This document shows positions 1-12,171 of a stretch of DNA of 64,000 bases, piece by piece; the stretch's first letter is position 1; every line of letters begins with the position of its first letter. The notes beneath the pieces are model-generated. The model saw only the letters and a list, made by a program, of their open reading frames with translations. It ran no database searches and had not been told where the DNA came from. The translations under genes and the position numbers were made by a program. The stretch lies in the NCBI RefSeq assembly GCF_006345805.1, contig NC_043014.1:49414001-49478000 (forward strand), in the 5' to 3' direction. The stretch comes from Octopus sinensis. Lineage: Eukaryota.

Positions 1-79
<79 letters not shown>

Positions 80-406
80 TTATTTTATAGCGGGCATTAT
101 GACACGTAAATGCCACATGCTAGGATGGACTCTTAAAGTCAAAACTACTAAAATAAACATATTCTTATAAAGATTTTATCCTATTTTAAAATTATATATG
201 TATATATAAAGGGGTTTGTATGATTGTGTATTGAGGGATATATATTATTCAATAGAATTCCAACTCTATTTTTTATGTTTTATTTATATTCTTTATAATA
301 TTAATGTAGACTATAGAATATATAGTATAAATAGTATATATAGTAAAATGAAATGAAGTATTGATTGTCTTATTGAATAGATGAAATATTGAATATCAAA
401 TATTAA

Positions 407-450
407 GGGACTAGTATACTTTCTTGCATTAAAGCAGTCTTCAAGGTCCC
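407..450 (-). ncRNA. Type I hammerhead-like motif (variant)
   Basis: GGGAC-CUUGAAGA-CUGC/UUUAAU/GCAA-GAAA-GUAUAC-UA-GUCCC. Stem I GGGAC/GUCCC, palindromic stem III; one extra core nucleotide and one stem II mismatch. Confidence 0.55.
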
Positions 451-502
451 ACGTTGTGACAGGAGTGTTTTAACTGTATATATATATAAATATATATATA
501 TG

Positions 503-585
<83 letters not shown>

Positions 586-608
586 ATATACATGTATATA
601 CATGCATA

Positions 609-1080
609 AGATGTGGTCATCAAATCTAAGTAGAGACTTCAAACTTGAAATCTTCAAAGCCACAGTCAAACCAATTCTACTATATGGCTCAGAAACCTGG
701 ATGTTATCAAAGAAGGTTGAGAGGCAGTTGGATGGAACCTACACTCGCCTCCTTATGAGAGCTCAAAATCTCTCGTGGAAGCGCCATCCAACCAAAGTAC
801 AAATATATGGGAAACTACCACCTGTGTCATCTCTTGTGAAAGGTAGGAGAGTCCAGTTTGCTGGACATTGTTGTAGAGCCGAAAAAGAGGTAATTTCTAC
901 TCTTCTCCTCTGGAAGCCATCTACTCGCAATACCAGAGGGCGCACACTCTCCTAGCCTGATGTAATCTCCAGGGATACAGGCATCCAGCAACAGGACCTC
1001 CGTAATGCCATGATGGACCGTGAAGTCTGGCGTAACATGGTAAATTCCATTGTCTCGACCACGGTCGAACAATGATGATA
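609..1080 (+). mobile_element. RTE-type LINE 3' fragment (RT C-terminal region)
   Basis: [11 protein letters not shown]...LDGTYTRLL...FAGHC...LLLWKP motif, in-frame stop at 955, short GAT tail, flanked by microsatellites. Confidence 0.8.
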
Positions 1081-1240
1081 TATTAATACATAGATATATA
1101 TATGTGTATGTATGTATGTATGTATGTATATGCATTTATGCAAATATACACAGATGCATATCTGCAAACACACAAACATATACATACATACATAAATATT
1201 TACATACATGGATATATATGTAATGCATAGAGACATACAC

Positions 1241-1453
1241 ACATTATTTACATTATTTACATTCGATGGATATTTGTCCTCACCTTGTTTGTTGTTAACA
1301 CAACGTTTCGGCTGATATACCCTCCAGCCTTCATCAGGTGTCTTGGGGAAATTTTGAACTTGGGTTCTCATTCCTAAGGTATTTTTCGATGTCATTATTA
1401 TTATCATTATTATTATTATTATTATATTATTATTATTATTATCATTATTATTA

Positions 1454-1508
<55 letters not shown>

Positions 1509-1790
1509 CATTATTATTATGATTATTATTATTATTATTATTATTATTATCATCATCATGTTTTAATTGATTTTTGTTAGCCCTTGTGGCCAATAAGCGA
1601 ACGAATTATTATTATTGTTAGTGTTCAGGTCACTGCTTGGAATCGAACTCGGAATCTTGGGGTTAGTAGCTCGCGCTCTTAAGCACTACGCCATATGCCT
1701 GTGGGCATATCCAACAAATATCCATCGAATGTAAATAACGTAAATAATGTAAATAATGTACATAATTCCTCATCTCTTAAATATAGAACT
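1241..1790 (-). mobile_element. tRNA-derived SINE with (AAT)n linker and hammerhead tail, plus an inverted terminal copy
   Basis: A-box TGGCGTAGTGC (1693-1683), B-box GAGTTCGATTCC (1650-1639), (AAT)n ~1395-1560, HHR 1342-1297. Tail 1241-1277 recurs inverted at ~1714-1760. Confidence 0.75.
1297..1342 (-). ncRNA. Minimal type I hammerhead ribozyme
   Basis: GACAC-CUGAUGA-A-GGCUG/GAGGGUAUAU/CAGCC-GAAAC-GUU-GUGUU. Intact core, 5-bp stems I and II, palindromic ACGU stem III. Confidence 0.8.
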
Positions 1791-2441
1791 ATACATAATA
1801 CATACATACATACATACATACATACACATACAACACACAAACATGTTTACCTTCTCAGTTTTTATGGGTGACTAATAAGTATGCCCCCCCACTTTATGGT
1901 CCCGATCCTACCTTTATAGTATCCATCGGGTATCCGGCCACCACAATGGCTACACCTCCGAAATAGCCGGCGATGAAGTCTTTTCTTGGACTAATCTCTT
2001 TCGACATCTTTGTCTGTTTAATTCATGAAAACAAACAGACAACACAACATGCCTACCACTGCTACTACTACAGTTACAACAATCACCGCCACCACCACCA
2101 TGGCCACCCCGCCACCACCTTTATTAGTTGTCGACCTGAGGGCCCTTATCTCAACACCTAAGTCTCATCGGTGTTTCAAATATTGGCCTCTTATCATTTG
2201 AATACAGAGGAGCAATATTTGACACAGTTAACAAGGCCACCTGTGTGTGTATATGCATGTATTTGTGTGTGTGCGTGTGTGTGTGTGTGTGTGTACGTGT
2301 GTGTGTGTGTGTGTGTGTGTGTGCATAGATTCTATCTTTTATCTTTCATCTTTCATCTCTTGCTTTGTTTCAGTCACTTGATTGCGGCCATGCTGGGGCA
2401 CAACCTTCAAGAATTTATTTTCAATAAATAAATTGACCCTA

Positions 2442-3610
2442 GGCATAGGAGTGACTGTGTGGTAAGTAGCTTGTTTACCAACCACATGATTCCGGGTTCA
2501 GTCCCAATGCGTGGCATCTTGGACAAGTGTCTTCCACTACAGCCTCAGGCCAACCAAAGCTTTGTGAGTGGATTTGTTTGACGGAAACTGAAGGAAGCTC
2601 ATCGTAGAGTCAGCAGAAGTTTGCCATTACCTTCTGCCGGAGCCGCATGGAGCTTAGGATTATTTGCTCATAAACACACAAATCACCTGGTCTGAGATTC
2701 GAACCCGTGATCCGTCGACCGCAATTCTACTGCTCTAACCACTAAGCCATGTGCTTCCACAGGTTGAAATACTAAAGATCATACACCAGAAGTTTATATG
2801 CATAAACTTGTAGAATTCTTTACTGCTATGGAAGCTGAACAGGAGCCAGTAAGAACTGATTGATTACATCAACATGGAAGAAAAGGATGTAATACTGGGT
2901 GATGTAGACGCAAACTCAGCTGCGGGCCCTGATAGATTCCTAGAAATCCTCTTCAAGTCATGCAAACGAGTCCTTGCAAAATCATTGCAGCTAGTTTTTC
3001 AGAGCTTCTTTGGAAATGGTAATCTCCTGGACAAACTAAAGGAGGGAATAATATGCCCTATCCATAAAAAAAGAAGCAGAGAAACTGAAAGAAGCCCGTC
3101 GTATATATGTTAGCACACCGGGCAAAATGCGTAGCCGTATTTCGTCTGCGGTTATGTTCTGAGTTCAAATTCCGCCGATGTCGACTTTGCCTCTCATCCT
3201 TTCAGGGTCGATAAATTAAGTACCGGTTATGCACTGGGGTCGATGTAATCGACTTAATCCGTTTGTCTGTCCTTGTTTGTCCCCTCTGTGTTTAGCCCCT
3301 TGTGGGTAATAAAGAAATATATATGTATGTGTATGTGTGTGTGTTTGTGTGTCTGTGTTTGTCCCCCCTAGCATTGCTTGACAACCGATGCTGGTGTGTT
3401 TATGTCCCTGTCACTTAGCGGTTCGGCAAAAGAGACCGATAGAATAAGTACTGGGCTTACAAAGAATAAGTCCCGGGGTCGAGTTGCTCGATTAAAGGCG
3501 GTGCTCCAGCATGGCCACAGTCAAATGACTGAAACAAGTAAAGAGTAAAAGAGTAAAAGAGAGAGCAGATGCTAAAAACTATAGGCCTATCTCTCTCTCG
3601 CCTCACGCAT
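2442..3610 (+). mobile_element. Nested cluster: tRNA-SINE pieces, an antisense tRNA-SINE head (2607-2760) and a CR1/L2-like RT fragment (~2760-3080, resuming ~3563)
   Basis: SAAGPD..ILFKSCK..LAKSLQLVF..IICPIHKK..DAKNYRPISL RT N-terminal motif, split by SINE sequence; A/B boxes in the SINE heads. Confidence 0.7.
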
Positions 3611-3783
3611 CAGAAAAATCATGGAATGAATAGTCTGGAGGTATTTAATTGCATTCCTTCCAGAGAGTGACTTGCTGACTGACACCCAGCATGGATTTTG
3701 ACCAGGTAGCAGTTGCCTGATACAGCTCTTACATCATTACAACTGGGTGCCAAGTCATGTATATTGCATGTATCTCCACAATA

Positions 3784-3818
<35 letters not shown>

Positions 3819-3964
3819 TGCGTGTTTGCATATCATTAACAATTAACATTGTGTTGTACTTTAACGAGATATCAGAGAGAGCAAGATAACAGCGGTCACA
3901 AATAAATACTTGTACTTATACCGTGATAGCAAAATATACACACGCAGGTATGTACACACATGCA

Positions 3965-4007
<43 letters not shown>

Positions 4008-5078
4008 TATAATTTGGTAAAATAAAACAAAAATAAGATATAATGGTATAAGTGTGTATTTAAATTGACTGTCATAACCCTATAACAATATTCTAGATTT
4101 TAATAAATGATCTCAGGTCTGGTTACTTGCCAGACAACAACAACAACAAAACAAACATATACAACGACACATAAGAGGAAATTTGGAAGGCAAAAACAAA
4201 CAAAACGAAAAAGCCACGACGTCCATATTTGGTTTTCCAATAAATTTTATTGAAACACACAGCAACAAAAATAAAAGGAAAAAAATGAACAAACTATTTA
4301 CATATTTGATTGAAATCAACTCTTAACGAAGAGTTTTCAGTGGCGTAAATATTTACAATTAGCAAACTCGTGTGAGTAAGTGTGCATTTATCAATCTGTG
4401 GCCATGCATGCGTACATCGTTGGTGCATGTTCGTGAGAAGTTTATTTGACTGTTTTTGTCTTCAAAACTGTATAATGTAGACCAAGGAAGGAAGGAAAAT
4501 AAAAATGTCTAACATAAACAATTGCTGGGAGCGGGGAGTGAGTCAATTAGATCGACCTAAATATTTGATAGGAAGAATGAAAAATAAAACGGATCCAGGC
4601 GGGATTTGATACCCAACAATATAATTAAACGTAATTAACCACCACAACATTGTTTGTTTGGTGCTCTACCAATTCGGCCAGTCCTTAGTCATATTGTTCG
4701 ACTTTCTATATAGACTCTGGCAGGTTCTGTTTTCTTCCTCAGTTCAATAAATACCGATTATTAATTATCATAAATTATTTATTATTTTTTGACTGATTGA
4801 ACTGACATCAGGGAACAAGTTTGAAAGTAAGAGACTGCCACATAGATTATATATATATATATATATATATATAAACATGTGTGTGTGTATGTATGTATGT
4901 ATAAAGGTACATATATATATATACTTTATTTAAAGCAGCAATGTGAAACTCAAAGTAACAGGTTTTGTTGAATTTTCTGCTGCTTTAAATAAAGCATATT
5001 ACTCTACCACTGGTATTTGAGTACTCTTTTTTCCACCTTGTTTTCACATTTATGTGTTTACTCCGGTATAATATATAT

Positions 5079-5118
<40 letters not shown>

Positions 5119-5149
5119 CGCGAGAAAGAAGCAACAAGAATGGATAGGT

Positions 5150-5240
5150 TTTTAGTACGATCGTTTCATACAAGGACAGGTTTTATTAAAAGTTGCAAAG
5201 ATTACAGCATATAAACGAGTCCCGTACTCATCAGCTAAAA
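5150..5240 (-). ncRNA. Type I hammerhead ribozyme (left-arm copy)
   Basis: Reverse-complement copy of 6271-6360; predicted cleavage between 5156 and 5155. Confidence 0.8.
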
Positions 5241-6270
5241 TACATGTAAGTTCTCTAGACATCCTAGTGTTTGAGGCTATACTCATGAAGTAATGTAGAT
5301 AATTAAACAGATTTCTAAAGTTCATTAAAGTTCTTTAAAGATGATGCATAGTCTTATCACAGAATTTTAAAAAAGTTTTGGTAGCATCACAGAGAAGGTG
5401 ACCTAATCCATATGAATTTCCATAGATATGATGAGGGATTATATACTCACAGAAGACAAATTTATCCATTGTTATTAGCATTACAGAGAGGGTGAATTAA
5501 TCCTTTGTATATATGCACAGATTCCAATGGTGTAGATGTAAATTTCCAGAGAAATGGAGATGAATTTCATATTCACAGGCGATAAATTTTACAATGGTTG
5601 AACACAATGAGGTAGGTACCAATCCTTGTTGGTATTTCAATTATTTCATATCCATTACAATTGTAACGGATACGAAATAAACTAGCTTTCTGCCTCTCAT
5701 TCACCTCTCTTTCTGGCTTTGCTCTTCTTCATACAATAACTCTCCCTTCATACAATAACTCTGCTATTCCCTTCTCTATTCTTGGCCGATCTAGTAAGCC
5801 CTTCAACCTTTAAGAGTTAAATAGCTGCAGCCTCTTGTGAATAGCAGTAATGTGATTAATATGGCAAACACCTAATCATATAACAAGGATTGGTACCTAC
5901 CTCATTGTGTTCAACCATTGTAAAATTTATCGCCTGTGAATATGAAATTCATCTCCATTTCTCTGGAAATTTACATCTACACCATTGGAATCTGTGCATA
6001 TATACAAAGGATTAATTCACCCTCTCTGTAATGCTAATAACAATGGATAATTTGTCTTCTGTGAGTATATAATCCCTCATCATATCTATGGAAATTCATA
6101 TGGATTAGGTCACCTTCTCTGTGATGCTACCAAAACTTTTTTAAAATTCTGTGATAAGACTATGCATCATCTTTAAAGAACTTTAATGAACTTTAGAAAT
6201 CTGTTTAATTATCTACATTACTTCATGAGTATAGCCTCAAACACTAGGATGTCTAGAGAACTTACATGTA

Positions 6271-6360
6271 TTTTAGCTGATGAGTACGGGACTCGTTATA
6301 TGCTGTAATCTTTGCAACTTTTAATAAAACCTGTCCTTGTATGAAACGATCGTACTAAAA
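6271..6360 (+). ncRNA. Type I hammerhead ribozyme (right-arm copy)
   Basis: UUUUAG-CUGAUGA(6277-6283)-GUACGGGAC..~40-nt loop..GUCCUUGUAU-GAAAC(6343-6347)-GAUC-GUA-CUAAAA. 6-bp stem I, palindromic stem III, predicted cleavage after 6354. Confidence 0.82.
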
Positions 6361-8152
6361 ACCTATCCATTCTTGTTGCTTCTTTCTCGCTTATAATCAC
6401 CCCACATTACTGTATTGTTAAATCAGTATAGTTTTTTTTGGTGCATCTAAGTTAGGTACCATATTCAAGTAAATTTTTTAAATTAACTTGAATCTTTATT
6501 GCTCTTTGTATATATATATATATATATTATATATACATATGTTCATATACACACATACATAACGTCTGGACAGAATGCCTGTATAGACAGACATAAATAT
6601 TTCCATGAGACCATGTATACTCTTTCAAAGGGATTTTTAAACATCTCTTCTTTTTTTATTGGGAGAAAAATAACTTAATGTACAAAAATAAATAACTTTA
6701 TATATATATATATATATGTGTGTGTATGTGTGTGTGTGCGTGTACACACTTCAGCAATGTAACTACACACGTGTTGTTGACAACTTCTTTTCCTTCTTTG
6801 AACTTTTCCCTTTCTCCTTCCCGACAAAGAGCTAGGTTCGAAACGTCAAAGACTCTCTCTTTTTACTGAGCGTCAAACTAATACACTCCTTGTGCACATC
6901 CTCTTGTCTGTTGTTAATCTTATTGTTCATTTATTTGAGGATGAGATGAAGAAACCTTTCCATAGTTTTATTATTGTTGTTCAAACAATGAAGGCAGGAT
7001 ATCACGCAATTTCTCCTTCAAAATTTTGAAGGAGACAATTGAACCAGCAGAATATGTTATATAGCTTTAATCTCCTGCTATGATGAAAGTATGTGTGTAG
7101 TGTGTGCAAGTGCCAATATAAATTTGAAATTGCAGTATTTTCATGCTGGAAAACGGTGATATTTTATTTTACCCATAAGGCATTAGTTTATCACCAAATA
7201 CGAAATGACAATCTGCAATCATAGAGAAATGTCTGGACTGCCCATTCTTGTGATTCATCATTGAGAAAAGTGGGGGAAAAAAACCTTTTTGTTAAAATGA
7301 ATTCAAGAATGATACGGAAGATCAGGTATCTCTTATATTTTCAAAACATTGTTTTAATTAACGAACCATTGTACTGATATTAATTTTTTTTGTGCACTGG
7401 TTGTGAAGCTTGAGTATGGACACACGTACACACACAGAAGAACAACATAAAGAACAGGGATGGTATGTAATAATAATAATAATAATAACAATCTGTTCAA
7501 TAATAATAATTACTTAAGAGTAATTGCAAATTATCTAATCAGAAGAAATTTTAAAAAGATGGGGAGGGTGGGATTATCTTTGGATTATAACTTTTCCAGA
7601 CAAGTGTCTTAATGTGATTGCATGTGTGTGTGTGTGTAGATATGTATATACATGTGTGTATATATTGTATATCTATGTATGTGTATGTATGTGGCAATAG
7701 CATATAGAAAGCAGCAGCTATTTTTTTTCAACGAAAATATATAAATATAAAATGGAAGGTGGTATAAGGTGCACCCCATTTATTTGGAATTGGTTAGAGA
7801 GAAGTGAGTACAGTGGGGGTGGGAATATTTATTGAGAGTACAAGAAAATAAATATAAGGTGAGAGTATGCAATCAATTATTTGGAAATGCTCAGTTTGTT
7901 TTCGACTTTCATTTAATTGAGGTTTTCAGTTGGAGGACAGTGAGAGGATAGAGAAAGAGAGACAGAGAGAGACAGAGTGAGAAAGAGAAAGATAGTTATG
8001 CTTTTAAGAATAATGTCTCATTCTATAATTCCAAAAGAAACACAAAAACAAAAGCTTTTACTTTCGAAATATTTGATAAAAAATATATAGTGTTTATAAA
8101 TACGTTATACAATAAGCCACAGGCAGGCAGGCATTAAGGCCACAACACAATA

Positions 8153-8158
8153 TTTATT
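8153..8158 (-). terminator. Candidate proximal poly(A) signal of the calmodulin-like gene (distal candidate at 4246-4251)
   Basis: AATAAA on - followed by GT-rich sequence; the 4246-4251 AATAAA is also followed by GT/T-rich sequence. Confidence 0.35.
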
Positions 8159-8918
8159 GTAAAAAGAAAAAAAAAACGAGAAATATTTCCTCGAGAAAAT
8201 AAATCAAATGTTAAATGCACCTCATTAGAAATATATTCTAAAAACAAAAAGTCTCAAAGATTTATTTGTTTTTCCCAAAATGTGTCACAATGATAAAACA
8301 GTCAGGAACTGCCATTTTCCGAGTGTGTGATTAGTTCGTATTGCTTCTTGTGTTCTTCGTTCGTAACATCAACAATTTGTGGTGGTGGTGGTGGTGGTGG
8401 GGACGGGTATGTGAGGCTGTGGAGAAATTCTTTTCTATTTTGGCCATTTTTTTTTGAAAATACATAACTATACATAAGTCTTTCGTTTTTTTCTTTCTTT
8501 CTTTCTTGCTTCATTTCTTCCTTCCTTTTTTCTTTCTTTCTATTTTATTCTCTCCTCGTAATGTTTTACTCTCTTCTTCCTTGTCTTTAATCATTTCTGC
8601 TTTTTTTTTTTTCTTTGTTTGATCCTGCCCTTCATCTCATCCTAAATGCCGCGCTAGTTTAGAATCTGTCCGTTACCGAATACCGAAGAACCCTTCAATA
8701 AGCATTTACATGTAATTTATAATTCACACAGCCCCAGGAAAAATGCTGTCTCTGTGTCTGTTGTGTTTTTTGCTGTTGTTGTTTTTCCCGCCAATAGAGC
8801 AAGCGTTTGTGACGCTACCGTTACTGAGAGGATAAAGGCTCTATTAAGGAAAAAAATAGAAAAGACCATACGATTTCTCATACGACTAATTAAAGTTATT
8901 AGAATAATTATTAGATTT

Positions 8919-9007
8919 TTATTTCAGAGTCCGATTGTCTGGAGATAAGTCAACACTGACTGACCACCGCCGGTGGTCATCATGTTCTTTTAGGCAAGCG
9001 ATAAATT
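8919..9007 (-). CDS. Calmodulin-like protein, last coding exon (EFIACLKEHDDHRRWSVSVDLSPDNRTLK*)
   Basis: Acceptor TTGCAG, stop TAA at 8921-8919. Total spliced CDS 570 nt = 189 aa. From memory, the CLGED and G(H/Q)F motifs resemble the Drosophila CG11638-type calmodulin-like family rather than true calmodulin (not checked). Confidence 0.9.
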
Positions 9008-9109
9008 CTGCAAGAGAGAGAAATAAAAACTTATTAAAATAATTAATTATGTGAAAATACATGATAAACTATGTGTGTATATGTATATATATATATATCA
9101 TCATCATTA

Positions 9110-9470
9110 TCATCATCATTTAGCGTCCGCTTTCCATTCTAGCATGAGTGGGACAGTTCAACTGGGGTCTGGGAAGCCAGAAGGCTGCACCAGGCCCAGT
9201 CTGATCCGGCAATGTTTCTACAGCTGGATGCCCTTCCTAACGCCAACCACTCCGTGAGTGTAGTGGGTGCTTTTTATGTGCCACCGGCATAGGTGCCAGA
9301 CGAGGCTGGCAAACGGCCACGATTGGACGGTGCTTTTTACGTGCCACCGGCATGGGGGCCAGGCGAGGCTGGCAAACGGCCATGATCGGATGGTGCTTTT
9401 TACGTGCCACTGACATGGGGGCCAGGCGAGGCTGGCAATGGCCACGATCGGATGGTGCTTTTTACGTGCG
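9110..9470 (-). mobile_element. SINE-like repeat with internal ~62-bp tandem units and (GAT)n tail (related copies ~9990-10220, ~14075-14345, ~15580-15680)
   Basis: Repeated unit CGGATGGTGCTTTTTACGTGCCACCGGCATGGGGGCCAGGCGAGGCTGGCAAACGGC; shared terminal sequence across the copies. Confidence 0.7.
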
Positions 9471-9743
9471 GAGTAGAGAGAGAGATGTTAAAAATGGTGA
9501 ATAGGAAATTTGACTGCTTTTTTAGTGAATCTAGGAACCACAAAGAGGCATCTCTTGTTGGTCAACAGCCATTTTGAAATGTGATAGTAATGTATATTCA
9601 TTTGTAAGTTGGTTTATTATTTCAGAGATACATAAGTACGTCAATGTATTGATAGTTCAACGTATCAATATATTGTTACTTCAATAAATGTGTAGATCAA
9701 TACATCGATGACAAAGTAGATTAAGGAAAGCTGGAAAATTTAC

Positions 9744-9800
9744 CTTCGAAATCAATCCTTCCATCGCCGTTAATGTCCACCTCTGCTATCATCTCTTCGA
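9744..9800 (-). CDS. Calmodulin-like protein, coding exon 6 ([19 protein letters not shown]; EF-hand 4)
   Basis: Acceptor TTGCAG and donor GTAAAT. Canonical loop [12 protein letters not shown]. Confidence 0.95.
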
Positions 9801-10244
9801 CTGCAAGAAAATACAAATCAAACTCAAATGTCAGTACTTTGCAGAGCAGGTATGTGTGTGTGTGTGTGTGTGTATGTGTGTGTGCGTGTGTGTGTGTGTG
9901 TTTGTGTGTGTTTGTGTGTGTGTGTGTGTGTGTTTGTGTGTGTGTGCGTGCATGCATGTGTACATGTGTGCGTGCATGCGTGTGAGTGATCATTTAACGT
10001 CCATTTTTCATTCTGGTATGGTTTGCCTGGAGCTAGAAAGGCCAGGGGTCATACTAGGGTCCACAGTCTGTTCTGGCATGGTTTCTGCTATTGGGTGCCC
10101 TTCTGAACACCAGCCACTTGACAGAGTGTACTGGGGGCTGTTTATGTGGCACCAGCACCAGTATCAAGTCTGTTGTGGCAGACACAGGTCTTCTTGAGTA
10201 CAACAAGGCACCAGATGTCTCAGCCCTTATATATATATATATAT

Positions 10245-10588
10245 ATTAGAAATATTAAATTTCTAAATATCTCAGAGAGATATGAGCGGTGATGGAACGA
10301 AAGAGCGGTTGTATACTGTAAAGGGAATCCCACCACTGCTATTTAGCCCTAGGAAGCATCCACGCTTCCTGTCAGCTTTGACACATTTCCTGTGTCCTTA
10401 TATTTACGAAGGGGAGACAAGCACCTTCAACAGCTAGGCCTGTATCTAGAGACATGCATGTTTCTGAGTTTTTGCTCAGCATCAGTCTAGAGTAGCATGG
10501 CCTGCTAGCTGAAGATACTTGTCTAGGCTTCATAAGTATATATATTTTCAGTGAAATTTATTCACTGATCACCAAAATTAGAAATATT

Positions 10589-10593
<5 letters not shown>
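10245..10593 (-). mobile_element. ~332-bp HHR-bearing unit bounded by a 17-bp direct repeat (retrozyme-like) in intron 5
   Basis: ATTAGAAATATTAAATT at 10245-10261 and 10577-10593; embedded in TA repeats; HHR-like motif inside. Confidence 0.6.
10445..10491 (-). ncRNA. Type I hammerhead-like motif (A9C variant)
   Basis: UCUAGA-CUGAUGC-UGAG/CAAAAA/CUCA-GAAAC-AUGCAU-GUC-UCUAGA. All three stems pair and stem III is palindromic. Confidence 0.65.
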
Positions 10594-10630
<37 letters not shown>

Positions 10631-10726
10631 ATATATATATATTTGTATATATATGTATATATTTATGCATCTGTGTATGTATATATTTATGTATGTATGT
10701 ATATATATATATGTGTGTGTACTCAC

Positions 10727-10817
10727 GTTCTTCTTCAGTTATATCTTCTCCAAGACATTCAAGAACGGTTCGAAGGTCGTCGGCAGAAATGAAACCTCGC
10801 CCTGATCGGTCAAAATA
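10727..10817 (-). CDS. Calmodulin-like protein, coding exon 5 (YFDRSGRGFISADDLRTVLECLGEDITEEE; EF-hand 3)
   Basis: Acceptor TTGCAG and donor GTGAGT; 91 nt, phases consistent. Confidence 0.95.
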
Positions 10818-11940
10818 CTGCAAGAAAAAACAACAAAACACATCTTAACATTATCATTACAGACACAATTTCACTGACAAAATATTTCAAAGAATGAATG
10901 ACCCAATTAGCTGACATTATAAAAAAAAGGACTTGCATTTTTGTTAAGCTTTCTAACTTTGCTACAGTGTTGCAAACAGCAAATGCCATTTACAGTCAGT
11001 TAAGTTCAACAATAATACAGGAGTATCGCAAAAAATACTCAATGTCAGTTATATTCAGTTCAGTATTTCAATAATACAGCACTATCACAACAAATATTCA
11101 ACATCAACAAGTCAGTTAATTATTTGAATAGTACAGAAGCGAAGCTTATCCAAAGACCTAGATTTAATAACTACTTTATAGATTGATACATATTTTTGAG
11201 ATAATCATCAATAAGAATTAAGATAATTCTTATCTTAATCAAAATGTCTATTTGATTAAGATAATCAAATAGACATTTACTGCTATAAAAAATAACTACA
11301 AAACAAGCAATACTGCAATAGAAATATGTAGTTTAATATAGATATAAAGTCCATAAATTATGCTCTAAGTTTTGATAGATATGCATGTCCCCTAGCTCTG
11401 CATATTTGCACTTATCACCATATATGTTTAGTCACACTTGCATACAACCACTACTCGTAATTTTAAACAACTGTATCCAGGCACATAAAATGAATTTGCA
11501 TGTGTTTACATTTCCAATCATTTCTTATTTTAACATTTAAATGTAACCCTTGTTGTAGGAAACCTTTTAGGATCAGCCTTTTCTTTGCAGTGCATATCCC
11601 ACATCTCTTGCTGCCATTTTTATAAGTCCCTCACTCTAAAATATCAGTCATATGCCAGTTAATATTATAGACAGAAGCATTTTCTTTCAATGACCAGATA
11701 TAACACTTGAGAGTCTTGTTGCATTCTGTTTGTCAATGTTGCTGAATGAAGAGGTATGATCGTTAAACCTTATTTTGAATTTTTATTTTGTCATTCACAC
11801 AATGATGGTTCCTAATAAACAAACTAATACACCCTCAATCTAACAAGGAACCTTTACATTGCCCCTGACTATAGCATTTAAAAAAGAAAAAAAATATAAA
11901 ATACATTCTGGAATGCTGAAGTCATTGAGTATAACCATAC

Positions 11941-12041
11941 CTTGAATGTTTCCCGAAGTTCCTTGTCATGGTCTGATGTTGAAAATCCAACATAACTAGC
12001 CATCGTGCCAACAAATTCATCAAATGTCAAAAAGCCGTCAC
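11941..12041 (-). CDS. Calmodulin-like protein, coding exon 4 (GDGFLTFDEFVGTMASYVGFSTSDHDKELRETFK)
   Basis: AAG acceptor after a T-rich tract, donor GTATGG, 130-nt upstream intron. Completes EF-hand 2. Confidence 0.95.
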
Positions 12042-12171
12042 CTTCAAAACAAATAAACAAAAACAAAAACATGAATATTTTATTTTAAATTGTCATTCAG
12101 AAATTGTTACAACACAAAAACAGTAACAACGACAATCACGACAACCACAAATATTTCTTGATGTTACATAC

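Larger units (their letters stand above)
5120..6390. repeat. Long near-perfect inverted repeat (arms 5120-5630 and 5882-6390, 251-bp spacer), Penelope-like pseudo-LTR-type element
   Basis: Arms are reverse complements except for two 1-nt homopolymer indels seen by eye. Each arm carries an HHR; TA microsatellites lie on both sides. Confidence 0.95.

Noticed and set aside
1625-1700. tRNA-like sequences here and at ~2690-2760, 16275-16345, 31893-31960, 33360-33430 and 43792-43865
   Set aside because: A/B boxes are present but acceptor stems do not pair, and each continues into SINE body sequence, so they are SINE heads rather than tRNA genes.
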